A DNA stretch of 63,394 nucleotides, the filler included, from Craspedostauros australis (Eukaryota): assembly GCA_030167865.1 (NCBI GenBank). It is 8 parts of 8 records of this genome, joined end to end, with 100 filler letters (N's around TTAATTAATTAA, not from the genome) between each part and the next. Parts side by side here need not be neighbours in the genome. Positions count along the whole stretch, not along the records: positions 42,644 to 46,048 come from JALAGF010006440.1; positions 46,149 to 56,033 come from JALAGF010006441.1; 6 more parts are not named here. One strand, written 5' to 3'. The notes below the pieces were generated by a model. The model did no database searches and had not been told where the DNA came from. It was given only the letters and a program-made list of their open reading frames with translations. This document shows positions 42,644 to 56,133 of the stretch, piece by piece. Position 1 is the first letter of the stretch, and each line of letters begins with the position of its first letter. Both the position numbers and the translations under genes were made by a program.

Positions 42644-45600
42644 TAGGGACGGGTCTGATGTGTGGTTGTGCACGTAGCACATGTATCGGAAAGCGTGGAA
42701 CCATGCTTTTGGCGGTGCCCCTGTCCGGTCAATGAGTGTTGTGACACATCGCTTCATGTACAGGATGGCGTTGTGCTCGGCCGGGTTCTGTTGCTGGTTG
42801 TGCGGTTCTGTCAGCCTTGATTTGATGTGGAGGTCCCTAAGAAGNNNNNNNNNNNNNNNNNNNNNNNNNNNNNNNNNNNNNNNNNNNNNNNNNNNNNNNN
42901 NNNNNCCCTCTGTCCTGATGAAATCCTGGAAGGCGACGAAAACTCCTTCTTTCTTCTTCAGGCCATATGCGTTGATCATGTGGGAGGATGTCCCGTAGAA
43001 TATTTGCGCCATGGAGTATCCGTCTCCAAAGGACTTGACGTTGGAGAATATGTTGTCCGTCGCCACGATTTCCCGGATTCGTTGTCGTCGCATCCACTCG
43101 AATCTGGACTTCTTGTGCCTTCGCATAGGGTAAGTGATCACTGCCCGCATGAGTTGTGTGGTTCTGGCAAGGGTCTGTTTGATCACGTGCGTGGGCAGGT
43201 ACCCGAGGTACGGTCGGATCTTGTGGAGATCGATGGACTTCCATTTGGCTCGGAAAGGGAACCCTTGGTGGCTGTACTCGGTCATAGCTTCCGCAGGGTG
43301 TCGGTCCATCGTGTCCATGGGATTGTCCTTTCCCGGATCGTCGATCCCGACGGGGTTCTCGCATTTGGTGTGCCCATGGTATTCAGGTGCGCTTCGTGGG
43401 TCTCCTCGGAGGGTGTCAGTGCGCGTTGCCTTGGTCACGCCGATTTCGTTGGGGATGCGAAATGTTTCCCGATTTCTCTGGAACGCCGGTTCAGATCCTA
43501 CCGAGTGTAAGGATGAGATGACGCTGTCTGCCTCGTCATCCGGATCTGATACCTTTGTCGATGGAACGTTGGTTGACTCGGTGTATCCCTTTTGGTCCGT
43601 TCCTACCGCGTTGGCTTCGCGATCGATGCCCAGCTCCCTGTATAGGTGGTCGATGTCTCCCGCGGAGAGATTGTCCACCATGTCGAAAAGGGTGCCTTGG
43701 ATCGAGATGGCCGTGTCGGCGGCCGATTTCGCGAACGTTACTGTGTCAATCGCATGTGTCATTCCGATGAGTTCCTCGAGGCTTAGAGTGTCAAGGAATG
43801 CGTCCACCTTGGGGTACTTCTCGTGTACACGGTTGGAATCTCTTGTGGCGTGCTCATCTGGATGATGGGCGTGGGGGTCCATGGGTTCTCGTCCTTCCAT
43901 GGGATCATCCGGGATACCTTCTCCGGCCTGGCGTGTCCTGGGTTCCGTGGGATCCTTCGATGCGTTGTGGGCGCTTGGATCCATTGCTCCAGCGTCGCGC
44001 GGTGCATCATGTTGGTCATCCCAGTCGACAACCTTGTCTCCTCCAATTGGGTCCCTGGTAAGGTAGCAACCCATGGGCACGTTGCATANGTGTCCTCCTT
44101 GGTGATCTGAAGGGTTCCATCCTTGCTTTGGGGTGATGTCATAGGTGGGCAGATCCTCATCGTCCTNCATGATGGGAAAGACGTCGAACGTCATCAGCGC
44201 GTCTCGCATCTCCAAGTTGATCGTCGTGTCTTCGTTAGGCATTAGGCATTGTCGGCCTGTGCCTGGTGTCGAGAACGATGCCCGGTGTTCCGACGAAACC
44301 GTATCGAGGACGGCTCCACTGGCCCGAATTTGGTGGTCGGAAAGCAGCGTCACCCGACTGTCGACGTTCAGAGCGGCTTCGTAGATCCGGAGGATCACTT
44401 CGTTGCCTTCTCTGGTCCTGGCCTTGNNNNNNNNNNNNNNNNNNNNNNNNNNNNNNNNNNNNNNNNNNNNNNNNNNCCTTGGCCTGACGTGTCCTGGGTT
44501 CCATGGGATCCTTCGATGCATTGTGGGCGCTTGGATCCATTGCTCCAGCGTCACGCGGTGCATCAGGTTGGTCATCCCAGTCGACAACCTTGTCTCCTCC
44601 GATTGGGTCCTTGGTAAGGTAGCAACCCATGGGCACGTTGCATACGTGTCCTCCTTGGTGATCTGAAGGGTTCCATCCTTGCTTTGGGGTGATGTCATAG
44701 GTGGGCAGATCCTCATCGTCCTCCATGATGGGAAAGACGTCGAACGTCATCAGCGCGTCTCGCATCTCCAAGTTGATCGTCGTGTCTTCNTTAGGCATTA
44801 GGCATTGTCGGCCTGTGCCTGGTGTCGAAAACGATGCCCGGTGTTCCGACGAAACCGTATCGAGGACGGCTCCACTGGCTCGGATTTGGTGGTCGGAGAG
44901 CAGCGTTACCCGACTGTCGACGTTCAGAGCGGCTTCGTAGATCCGGAGGATCACTTCGTTGCCTTCTCTGGTCCTGGCCTTGATACTTGCGNNNNNNNNN
45001 NNNNNNNNNNNNNNNNNNNNNNNNNNNNNNNNNNNNNNNNNGTCCTGGCCTTGATACTTGCGTCTACTACCGCGAGGTTGTTCTTCCTCATCGTGCTGGC
45101 CACGGCACCGACGATGTTGTACGTCTGATGCGGGTAGATGTAGTCAATCTTCCAGACCCGGTCCTTGTTCCCGATAACGCAGCATTGTGCGCCTCCGTCA
45201 CATACCGCGTATGTTTGCGGAGAGAAGGTCGCCAGGTTGATCAGCTGTTCGGGTACTGATTGGCGTTGTTTAGATTCTGGTGGATCGATAGGGCTTGGGG
45301 CGTCGGATGAGTCACTCATCGTGATCATCTTCACGAGTCGGTCGTTGCCGTTCNNNNNNNNNNNNNNNNNNNNNNNNNNNNNNNNNNNNNNNNNNNNNNN
45401 NNNNNNNNNNGATAGGTCCGATCCATTCCCGTCCTGGGAATCAGATCCCTCGGTGGATCCTGCGGTGTACCTGGCCAGGTTCGCGTGGGTGACACCACCA
45501 TACTGCTTGTGTGGCTTGGTTTCCTCCCCTTTCTCTGGGGGCTTCACGCTGGCAGGTGGTTGGGATTCTTCCTGCTCCTTCTTGCCCTCGACGCGGGTGA

Positions 45601-46048
45601 ATCCGGATCCGTTCCGGTCGTTATTGCGGCGGGCCCAGCGGAGGGAGCTGCGGAGCTTCATGATCACTCGGCGGACCTTTTCGGGCAATCCGTCGAATAC
45701 TTCTTGTGAGATGAAGGTGGGATCTTCCTGTAGTTTCTTTGAGATGGCATTGATGACCATCTCGGTGTTGGATTCACCTTGATCTTGGTTGGTTTCGGCG
45801 GTTGCCTTGAAGATCCTGCGTTTGCCGGACCTTGATCCCCGCTGGTTGTTGGCTACCGCATTGTCCCTGGCGGACTCGGAGATGAGGTACATGCAGGTGG
45901 CTCCCATCGACTGCATGTCCGGGCTTCGCTCGATGCTCCAGACCATGGTGCGAACGTTGATGTTGTCGCAACCGATGAGGTGGTTAAGGAGCGTGCGGCG
46001 TTGTTGCGCGTCGGAGACTTGTTGATCCGGATTGGTCGCCAGGAAATT
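42644..46048 (-). mobile_element. Ty1/copia (CoDi-like) gag-pol fragment: gag end, protease, integrase
   Basis: Protease AVCDGGAQCCVIG and TLLSDHQIR. Integrase LGYLP, EIVATDNIFS, AQIFYG, FQDFIR, TEPHNQQQNPAE. Gapped, with a duplicated block. Confidence 0.85.
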
Positions 46049-46092
46049 NNNNNNNNNNNNNNNNNNNNNNNNNNNNNNNNNNNNNNNNNNNN

Positions 46093-46104
46093 TTAATTAA
46101 TTAA
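46093..46104. other. Artificial contig-join linker
   Basis: TTAATTAATTAA within an N run. Confidence 0.97.
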
Positions 46105-46148
46105 NNNNNNNNNNNNNNNNNNNNNNNNNNNNNNNNNNNNNNNNNNNN

Positions 46149-46811
46149 TCACATCTCATGAGCATGAAGGATGCCGACGGGAAGCAGATCTTCCAGAGCC
46201 TGGACATGGCGAGGGCCCACGACGATCAGCTCATCGCACACGTCTTCGAGGAGAGTATGGCACAAGCGTCAGCCATCATGAGTCTGCTCCCAGCCATCGC
46301 GCGTATCGAGCTTGGAGTCAAGACGGAGAAATGGTTCAGCCCTGACGCCTGGTATGCCAACCTCAATGTCACGTACGACGCAGAGACGAAAGAGTACAAT
46401 GCTCCCGACAACAGCAAGCTGGAGCACCTCCTCGAAGAAGAGTTTCCTGCCAGTGTGGTGATCACAAATCTCCCGACGGAACTGCTCGACAAGCCAAGTT
46501 ATAGGCCCGCAGCCCTGGACTATCGAAGCCTGTTCGGCAGCGGCACCACTATCGGGTCGCACATGACAATGCATTCGGCAGTCACTGGTGTTCCGGGGTC
46601 TGGGGACGCCGAATCCATCGCCACGACAGCATCCGAGCAGCGCCGAGAAGCCACCCGGGCAGCAGCCTTGGAGCAAGAACGCCAGCGCAAGGAGTCACTC
46701 AACAACGCCAGGCTGGAGATCCAACGAGCGGAAATCGACAAATTGCGAGCGGAGTTGGAGAAGCATCAAGGCAACGCCGACCCCGGGGCCGGGGCACCTC
46801 CGCCATGTTAG
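46149..46811 (+). CDS. LINE ORF1, C-terminal part
   Basis: FEESMAQA, EKWFSPD, LLEEEF and a coiled coil IDKLRAEL match ORF1 of copy 1. Confidence 0.8.
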   Translation, partial: SHLMSMKDADGKQIFQSLDMARAHDDQLIAHVFEESMAQASAIMSLLPAIARIELGVKTEKWFSPDAWYANLNVTYDAETKEYNAPDNSKLEHLLEEEFPASVVITNLPTELLDKPSYRPAALDYRSLFGSGTTIGSHMTMHSAVTGVPGSGDAESIATTASEQRREATRAAALEQERQRKESLNNARLEIQRAEIDKLRAELEKHQGNADPGAGAPPPC

Positions 46812-49800
46812 CAAGCACCGCAAGCCGCGCGCAGACCAGCCGGCAAAGCGACAGGCACAGACTCATGGGTCGATCAGGCACGGAAGAGGTGGTCAACCAA
46901 TTCACCCCAGTTGGCGGCGACTCGCAACACAAAGCGCCAGGACACATAAGGGTGGCAGCCCTCAACCTCAGCGGTCTCCCCGTCGACGCCACAGATCCCA
47001 AGTACCAGGATCTCTGGGAGACAGTTCGCCGTCATCACGTGGACATAGCGCTCCTGACGGAGGTGGGCATCAACTGGAGCAAGGTGCCCAGGCACATGCA
47101 TCTGCACGAGCTCGTACAAAAGAACATCCCTCAGTCGCGCACAACTACGTCTCACAACAGGCTCAATGCTACTCGAGTGCGCCAGTGGGGAGGGACTGCG
47201 ATCATGATCCAAGGCAACACCAGAGGGCGCATACTGTCGTCAACGTCTGACACGCACAATTGGGGCAGATGGATCAGCATGCTGCTGCAAGGCAAGGGCA
47301 GCATCAAGGTACGCCTGGTGTCGACGTACGTGGCCAACAAGTCGACCAAGACACCAGGCACGGTATACAACCAGCTGGCGGCCAATGCAGCCGCAGAAGG
47401 CATAGACACAGACCCTATCAGTCTACACATGCAGGAACTGCAGCAGCAAGTCCACCTCTGGTGTCAAGCCGGCGAGACAGTGATACTCGGAGGGGACATC
47501 AACATGGACGTGCGTGCGTCGCAGATGAGCACTATGCTATCGGAGGAAGGGTTGCACGAAGTGTTTTCGAGTCAGCACCAGAAGCCGACGGCCACCCAAA
47601 TCCGCAACCGCAGCAACATGCAAATCGACGGAATCTGGACCTCGCAAGAAGCTACAGCCACGCAGTGAGGGGCCACGCCATACGGCTGTTGGGACCACCG
47701 CATGATATGGGCCGACTTCTCAGCCACTCATCTCCTGGGGCAGGGCAACACGCCAACGCAACCGTTCCGGGGGCGCCGACTCCAGCTACAAAGCCCGGCG
47801 ACGGTCAACAGATATCTGGAGGAATATGCCAAGGCGGCGCAACAACTCCGGCTCCTGGAGAGAGCCATGGCCCTGGAGAAGTCTATATCTGATCAGCCTC
47901 TCACTGCACATCAGTCGGCGACCATCGAAAGCATCGACGCAGACCGCACCAAGGCCATGCTCCGAGCCGAGCGGGGATGTCGAAAGGTTCGCATGGGGAA
48001 GGTCCCCTACTCGCCTTTGGTGGCACGAATACAGAAGGCCCACAAGTTCTGGACAGAGTCTATTCGGCGCAGACAGGGCCACAAAGTGAAAGGATCGACC
48101 ATCGACCGACTCAAAAAGCAAGCGCAGCTCTGCCAAGTCCGCACGAAGGGCATGAGCATTGCTGGGATGACAATGGAGCGCAACCGCGTGTGGAAACAAC
48201 TAAAGCATGAGAAGAAAATGGCCGCGCAGCATCGGGTGGATTTCCTGCAGTCCAACGCGGAGTTCGTCGAGCACAGCGGGGGCAACCCAGACAAGTACAA
48301 GCGGCAACTCGTGGAGAGGGAAGAGACACGAGCGAGGTTCCGACGCATCAAACACGCCCTGGCTGGTTCTGCCCTCGACTCTCAGGTCACGATGGTTGTC
48401 CACGACGGCCCTGGCGGAGATGGACGGGTGCTCACAGAGCCTGAGGAGGTGGCCAAGGCATGTTGCGAAACCAACATCGCGAAATATCAAGCAGCATGGT
48501 CCTCCGATCTCTGCGTGGGACGGGTCAGCCGCAGAGTCGGGAAGTACGGCACATCCCCGGCGGCGGACGCAATCATTGGGGGGCTAGTGCCTTCGCAAGT
48601 CCAAACAGGTACAGCGGAACTGTTGCACGCCTTACGCAGACCGCCCCAAGCCACCCCGTGGGCACCAATGGATACCGTCATCTCCACGGAAGACCATGTG
48701 GAGGGGTGGCGCAAGATCAAAGAGCGCACATCATCCGGACCGTCAGGCATCCACTTTGGTTGCTGGAAAGCCAACACCAAAGACCCCCAACTCGCGGCGA
48801 TCGACGCCATCATGAGGTCCATCCCATATCGCACAGGCTACAGCCTCAGCAGGTGGCAGCAGTGCACCGACGTGCAGCTGCGCAAGCAGCCGGGCAACCT
48901 TAGCGTCACCAAGACCAGAACCATTGGGCTGATGGAGGGAGACTTCAACATGAATACGAGGCAGCTGGGGCGGACCGCCCGCAGACATGCAGAAACCAAC
49001 TCAACCATTGCTGCAGAACAGTATGGCAGCCGCCAAATGCACACGGCGCAAGAAGTCCTGGTCAACGTGTGCCTGACCGACGACATCATGCGGATCTCTG
49101 GGCGCGACGCTGCGGTGTGCTCCAATGACGCCAAAGGATGCTACGACCGCATTTCCCACCCGGCGTTCGGGATGGCGTTGCGCCGGCAAGGCACACCTCG
49201 GCAACCTATTGACAGCGTTCTGTGCACCCTGCAGAACATGCGGCACAGGATCAGCATGGGGTTGGGGGTCTCCATGACAAGCTACTCCGGCATTCATCTC
49301 CCGCGGCCCATCCAAGGCTTGGTCCAAGGGTTAGGAGTGGCCCCCACAGGGTGGCTGCTAATCAGCTCGGCGCTCATAGAGCGAATGCAAGCCAAAGGGT
49401 TCGGATTCACGTACGGAGAAACAGCGGACGCAATGCAGCGTCTCGTCTGCTTTGCGTATGTGGATGACACAAACCTGGTCCACACGCTGAGGTCGCGCGA
49501 TGTTCCGTCCCAGTGCCGGGAATTCCAGTCGGTGGTTTCGCAATGGGAGTCCATGCTGACAGCCTCAGGGGGCTGCCTCGCGCCGGAGAAGAGCTTCTGG
49601 CAGCTCGTCAGGTTCAAATGGAGCAACAGTCGATGGAACTACGACAAGTCGTGGCGTCCACATGACATCCGGATGAAAGGAGCAAATGGGGAGGACCAAG
49701 TGTTGCACCATGCGCCGGTCCACCAGGCCAGCAAATACCTTGGCATGATGCAGCGGCGGGACGGGGGCCAGGCAGAACATGCGGCGTATCTCCAAGGGAA

Positions 49801-52441
49801 GGCGGAGGCGTGGGCGGCGCACATTCGGACGGCCCGCATCTCCAAGCAAGACACCGAAGTTGCGCTCAAGGCAGTTCTTTGGCCGGCACTCGAATACTCC
49901 CTGGCAACCACGACTCTCACGCAGGGCCAATGCGAAAGCATCATGAGGCCGGCGCTCATGACGGCTCTCCCGCACATGGGGATCGTCCGAACCATCGCGA
50001 GGCAGTACGTCCATGGGCCCAGGAAGCTCAACGGCCTGGCTATCCCGCACTTGTTCACAGTCCAGTGCAAGGCACACCTGGCGATGATCTGGCGTCACTT
50101 CGACGCCCAGACCACCACGGGCAGCCTGCTCCGCGCGTCGTTGCTGCAGCTCCAGCTATGGGCAGGCACGGTGGACCAGCTGCAAGCCCAACAGCACCGC
50201 TGGCAACGCTGGACCGCCCATTCTTGGTGGTCAAGCACCATCCGCATGATGACTGAGAGCGGATTGGCCGTCCATCAGGTGGCACCGACACTCGTAATGC
50301 CTCGCGAACGTGATGGGACCATCATGGAGGCCTTCTGGGAACGGGGCGCTGATGAAGGTGACCTCCGCAAGGCCAATGCAGTGCGTGTGCACCTTCGAGC
50401 TTTCTGGGTGTCAGACATCTGCGACGCGGCCGGTACCGGCATCCACCCAGTGGTTGCCCAACACCGTCGAGCTCCGCGGATCCAGGAAGACCTCGTCTGG
50501 CCAGCGGCGGTGCCTCCTTCGCGCCAGGCGTGGGCAGCCTGGGACAACATGGTCCGCACTCTCCTCGTCGATGACAGACCAGGCATGATCCTGCGCAAGC
50601 CGCTTGGCAAGTGGAAACACCTCCGGAAGTTTCGGGTGGTACAGGACGAAGACGGGTCGGTATGGTGGCGGTGCTCCGGATCTCCACTTCAACGGGTCCA
50701 GACATTGGAGTTTCGGTGTCGCCGCGTCGGTGGCAGGGCTGGCATGGATGTCGACGAATACCGGGGGTTGGCGACGGTGGTGTCTATGGGGGCGGAAGTT
50801 GCGCAGCGACGCCCACACTCCCTATACGAGCACATTGCGCAGCTTGGGGGGCTGGCAGCGGCCATGCTTAAGCAAGTACGTATCCACGGTTCGGCGCGGG
50901 CCATCGCCGACTCCATCGTGCGCGGGACGTGTGTGGCATGCTGTGACGCCTCTGCCAAGGACCAGCGTGGGTCCGCGGCCGCGGTCATACAGGACCGGCT
51001 TGTCGAGCCTACCGCGGGAATTCTCATCCAGTCGGAAGTCCCGGAAGGCTCGCGAGTGATGGACTCCAACCGTGCAGAAACGGCGGGAGTGCTCCTCACG
51101 ATGCAGTTCCTGAAAGCGTTTGCACAGTGGGCGCAGGTGCAGGGGTCCGCTACTATAGCATGCGACAGTATGCAAGCGATCAGGGCAAGCACGCGGGCAC
51201 AACTCCTCCAAGCCGACGACAACGACTACGACTTGCGCAGCGAGATCCAGCATGTTCTGCGGACGTCAGCGGTTTGCTGCGAGGTCCAGCACGTCAAAGG
51301 CCATGCCGACTCCCAACTCGGTCACCAAATCTCGGCGTGGGAGGTCCTGAACGTGGTGGCGGATCACGAGGCTGGCCAGCAGTGGCAAGCAACGGACGCC
51401 GCAGGGGCATGGGGCACGGTGCAAGGCAACCCCAAGTCCACGGGTTGGGCAGTGCGTGCTGGGGGTGACTGGCTGTCTGAAGCCAGCTACCATGCGGTAT
51501 CGGACGCGACGATGACCGCCAAACTGCGACTCAAATGGCGCCAGCGGTGGGGGTCGTTGGACAGATATTCGGTGGACTGGGCACCGCTCCAGAAGGTGAT
51601 GAGCACATGGAGAGGCGGCAAGCAACGCACCATACTCAAGCTGGCGTCGGGTAATGCGGCGACTGGCAGAAACATGTGCCGGCGCCAGCAATCTGACCGG
51701 ACGGCTTGCCCCTGCTGCGGGTGTGTTGAAACCAATCAGCATGTGATGCAGTGCAAGAGCACTGCAAGTCAAGAGCTCTGGGACGCGTGCATCCAGCGCG
51801 TACGTCACATCATACAGCCGCCCAGGGTCAAGCGAGATGCAGCTCAACTTTTGGTCAAAGCCCTACGCGTGCTGCGGCAAGGAGGCGCCCCACCCCAAGG
51901 CATCCGGCGGTCTACCACTCTGGCCATCGAAGTTGCGCAGCATGGAGTTGGATGGGACGGCCTTCTGTGGGGTGCATGGTCGGTGGAGTGGATCCGCCAT
52001 AGCCCGAACCCCCAGCCATCTTCCAACCGCCGGCGACAGGTCTTCTGGCAGGCGGAGGTCACTCACGAGCTGTGGCACATGGCGCTCCAACAGTGGGCAA
52101 GCCGCAACCACGCGCTGCACGATGCAGGCGAGCGCAGCATGATGTCGCAGCGCATGCACTCATATTGCCGTGCCTTGCTTGAATTGCCATCGGCATCTGT
52201 TCCCCGCCACCTCCGCCAGCTGGCTCAGCACCTTCCCGACGCTGAACCCCGGAAAGCCGAGTGGCTTTTGTCCATGCTACACGGCATGCCACACGTGCAG
52301 GCCACTGTTCCGCCCGAGCAGATGGCATGGCTGCGTCGTCGAGCCGCCAGCCATGACGAACCTACAACCCAGCCAGCGGCGCCCACTTTCCCCCCGCGCC
52401 GGCCCTCCAACCAGCAAGTGCGACTAGCAAGCCTGGCGTAG
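46805..52441 (+). pseudogene. LINE ORF2 (APE-RT-RNase H-CCHC) interrupted by one in-frame TGA at 47666-47668
   Basis: ORFs 46805-47668 and 47702-52441 share a frame, and GATPYGCWDHR (APE end) follows the stop. Motifs NDAKGCYDR, YVDD, CCDAS, RAE, HVKGH, CPCC..H..C. Confidence 0.9.
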
Positions 52442-52617
52442 TCGTTCCCTCGAGGTCTGGTCAGCCAGCTCAAAATCAATATGCAACACAATCACACAGC
52501 ACGGCTAGCCCTGCTGCACCAGTCCGTTCCCGCTGCATGACGCATGTAGAACAAACGAGGCGGCTCAAAAGCGCCTTCGGCGCATAGTAATAACTATAGT
52601 CCTTGTGTTACAACAAC

Positions 52618-55600
52618 GGAGACAACGAAGACGCCGACGAGAACGGCGCATACGAAGACGACGACGACATCACCAGAGACGGGGCGATTCGCGCCAAGGC
52701 GCCGCCTCCCCCAGCGATGCGGAATGAAAGAACGGGCATCTTCGACGAAGAGGACAGCGACGAAGCTGAGGACCGTCCAAGCGATACGTTCAATCCTTAT
52801 GAGCACGTCGTCTACCCAATCCGAATCCAATTCCCACCGGAACCAAATCCCAGAAGAGTCGACGACATCTCCCGACTCCAAACCTTCCCGGAACCAACGG
52901 TCACTGCAAAACGAATGCAGAAGCAACTCATCTACGACGCGGTTCTAACGGCTGCAATACCGATGTTCCCAGGGTTCGTTAACGAACCATTGCGATTCAT
53001 TTGGGTGAACATGGTAAGCACCATCCTATCCGATAACTTCAAATCGATTGAAGAGATCCTCGCAAACGCAGCCATCCTCAACCGACTACTGCAAGCAAAC
53101 GAAGAAGACGAACTCTCCGAACTGGACTTGCACTACGTGCTCGGAGGATGCATGCAGGTGCTCCTGCGCGAGCGACCACGCGTCACACCGTATGACACGG
53201 TCACAGGATCACACCGAAGCAACACGACTCCATCGGACTACGCGCAGCTATCCGATGAGACCAACGACGAACATCATGTGAATCCATGGAACGAACATGG
53301 AGTCCACATCGACGAAGAAGACGAAGACAACGTCATGACCGATACAGCTGCAGCAGCCGTGGAGCAGCTCCACAAGCTGAGCACCAAGCACAAGGACAAG
53401 GTCNNNNNNNNNNNNNNNNNNNNNNNNNNNNNNNNNNNNNNNNNNNNNNNNNNNNNNNNNNNNNNNNNNNNNNNNNNNNNNNNNNNNNNNNNNNNNNNNN
53501 NNNNNNNNNNNNNNNNNNNNNNNNNNNNNNAAATGGGATCCATTCGCTTGAAGGTCAAGCAACGAGACAACACTGGCCACGTCATCCGGCTTGATGATGT
53601 GAAGTACACACCGACAATGGCGGTGAACCTTTTCTCTACGAACAAGGCTCTGTACAACGGTTACCAGCTTGGTAACAACGGCATTCTGATGGACATCATC
53701 AANGGATCCGGAACGAAGATCGTGTTCGATCGAGTCTTCCCCACATCCAACGGATTCATCACGGGAGTGCAGATGCATCCCATCATGCCAACGGACGATG
53801 ACAAGGCTTGCACAGCCATCATCAAGAATCCATCCAAGGATATCAGTGCGGTGAACTTGCATCGAATGCTCGGCCATGCGCCACTCGAAACCATGAAGCG
53901 GACAGCCGCCCAATACGGATGGAAGATCATCGGCGAGATGCCGGTGTGTCGCGACTGCGCGGTCGCGAATGCAAGAGTGAAGAACATTCCGAAGGCAACG
54001 ATTCCAAGAGCAACTCGCCGCGGCGAACAGCTCTTCATTGACATTAGTTACACTAAACACATAATCTTCGGAGATAAACGCTACTGGACCCTGATCGTGG
54101 ACGACTGCACAGATCACTGCTGGAGTTTCTTTCTCAAGAACAAGAGTGACCAACCAGGATACATCAAACGATTCGTCCAGACGATCAAATCACAGACTGG
54201 TGATCAACAAATCATCTTCCGAGGAGACAACAGCGGAGAGAACAAATCCACGCAGGATACTCTCATCGATGCAGGACTGAATGTGAAATTCGAATTCACG
54301 GCATCGAACACGCCGCAACAGAACGGTAGAGTGGAACGCAAGTTCGCGTACCTCTACACCAAGATCCGCTCCATGCTCAACGGAGCACAACTCGACGAAG
54401 AGTATAGGCATGGCCTGTGGGCAGCAGCTGCGAGCACTGCCACCGCCATCGCCAACATCACCGTAGCGAAGAATCAGAAGGAGTCACCNNNNNNNNNNNN
54501 NNNNNNNNNNNNNNNNNNNNNNNNNNNNNNNNNNNNNNGACTGGTGATCAACAAATCATCTTCCGAGGAGACAACAGCGGAGAGAACAAATCCACGCAGG
54601 ATACTCTCATCGATGCAGGACTGAATGTGAAATTCGAATTCACGGCATCGAACACGCCGCAACAGAACGGTAGAGTGGAACGCAAGTTCGCGTACCTCTA
54701 CACCAAGATCCGCTCCATGCTCAACGGAGCACANNNNNNNNNNNNNNNNAGGCATGGCCTGTGGGCAGCAGCTGCGAGCACTGCCACCGCCATCGCCAAC
54801 ATCACCGTAGCGAAGAATCAGAAGGAGTCACCATATCGCCAATTCTTCGGCAACGATCCACCATATGCGGATGCACTCCGTACATTCGGAGAGGTGGGTG
54901 TTGTGAAGACTACCTACGGCGGGATCACCGCCAAGCTCAAGAATAGGGGAGAAGAGATGGTGTTCATCGGATATGCACACCAGCACGCATCAGGGGTCTA
55001 CAACATGTACAGACCATCGACCAAGTCACTGATCTGCTCACGCGACATCAAGTGGCTCAACCAATCATACGGACAGTTCCGTGGCTGGGCACCAGCACCG
55101 AACATATCCAACGAATCAGGAACGACGGACGCAGACGGCTTCACAACCATCGGACGGAAGGGAGCAACGCCAAGGACAGCAACGCGTCAAACATCGGAAG
55201 CGAAGAGAGTATCTTTCGCTGATAGCAACAGATACTATATCCTATCGGACAGCGACGATGAGGATGATGAGGACAATGGAGTAGTGACTCAACTAATCCA
55301 TAACGACGAGGAAGATCGGAGCGAATCTAATCATGAGGATGACGAAATCCCACCATCCGGCGACGAAGCCGAAGATGACACAGGCGTCACTCCTCCGAAC
55401 ACACCAGCGAGGTCTACACATGACACACCATCCAGACCTCCACCAAGCAAACCAAGCAAGCGTGACGTAGCTAGAAAGGAGAGAATCCGACGTCACGAAG
55501 CACGAGGCAGGAAGGGAGAAGCCAATCCCAAGTCAACCACAGGAAAGAGCATTCCCAGAGCTCTGCGTGAGCTCGCAGACTTCAACGAACGAGGTCGAAA

Positions 55601-56033
55601 GGAGGAAGGCTACGAGAGCAAGTCATCATCCAACGAAGACAGTGACGAACTGAGCGATGAGATAACTGACGAGTCCAACAACGAAACTACAGATGACGAA
55701 GAAATCGTAGACGAAGAAGAAGAGATCGAGATCACTCATCATAGCACAACAGGACTATATGGGATGAACGCAATTATCACCGAGGCACCAGCAATCGACA
55801 TCGGACTGTCGATGCAGGACGAGAACAAGGAACCAGAGAAGCACATTGAACCAACGACATTCGATGGAGCCTTCAATCACCCAGATCCCATCCATCGAAA
55901 GGGATATCGAGCAGCCATCAACAAGGAGTTCGACTCCATGGATACATGCAAGGTGTACAGCAAGATCAAACAAGACGCCATCCCACGCGGCCGCAGATGC
56001 TGCAAGTGCAAATGGGTCTTCAAGCTGAAGCGT
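52618..56033 (+). mobile_element. Ty1/copia pol fragment (protease end, HHCC, integrase, start of RT), host of LINE copy 2
   Basis: DVKYTP..NLFS, LHRMLGH..CRDC, LFIDIS, IVDD..WSFFLK.KSD, RGDNSGE, TPQQNGRVERK, KLKNRG..FIGYA, EPTTF..AINKEFDSM..CKWVFKLKR. Confidence 0.92.
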
Positions 56034-56077
56034 NNNNNNNNNNNNNNNNNNNNNNNNNNNNNNNNNNNNNNNNNNNN

Positions 56078-56089
56078 TTAATTAATTAA
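56078..56089. other. Artificial contig-join linker
   Basis: TTAATTAATTAA within an N run. Confidence 0.97.
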
Positions 56090-56133
56090 NNNNNNNNNNN
56101 NNNNNNNNNNNNNNNNNNNNNNNNNNNNNNNNN

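Larger units (their letters stand above)
46149..52617 (+). mobile_element. Non-LTR retrotransposon copy 2 (divergent family of the same clade), 5' end lost in a gap
   Basis: ORF1 C-terminus, ORF2 with APE-RT-RNase H-CCHC, and a 3' UTR ending CCTTGTGTTA-CAACAAC. Confidence 0.92.
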
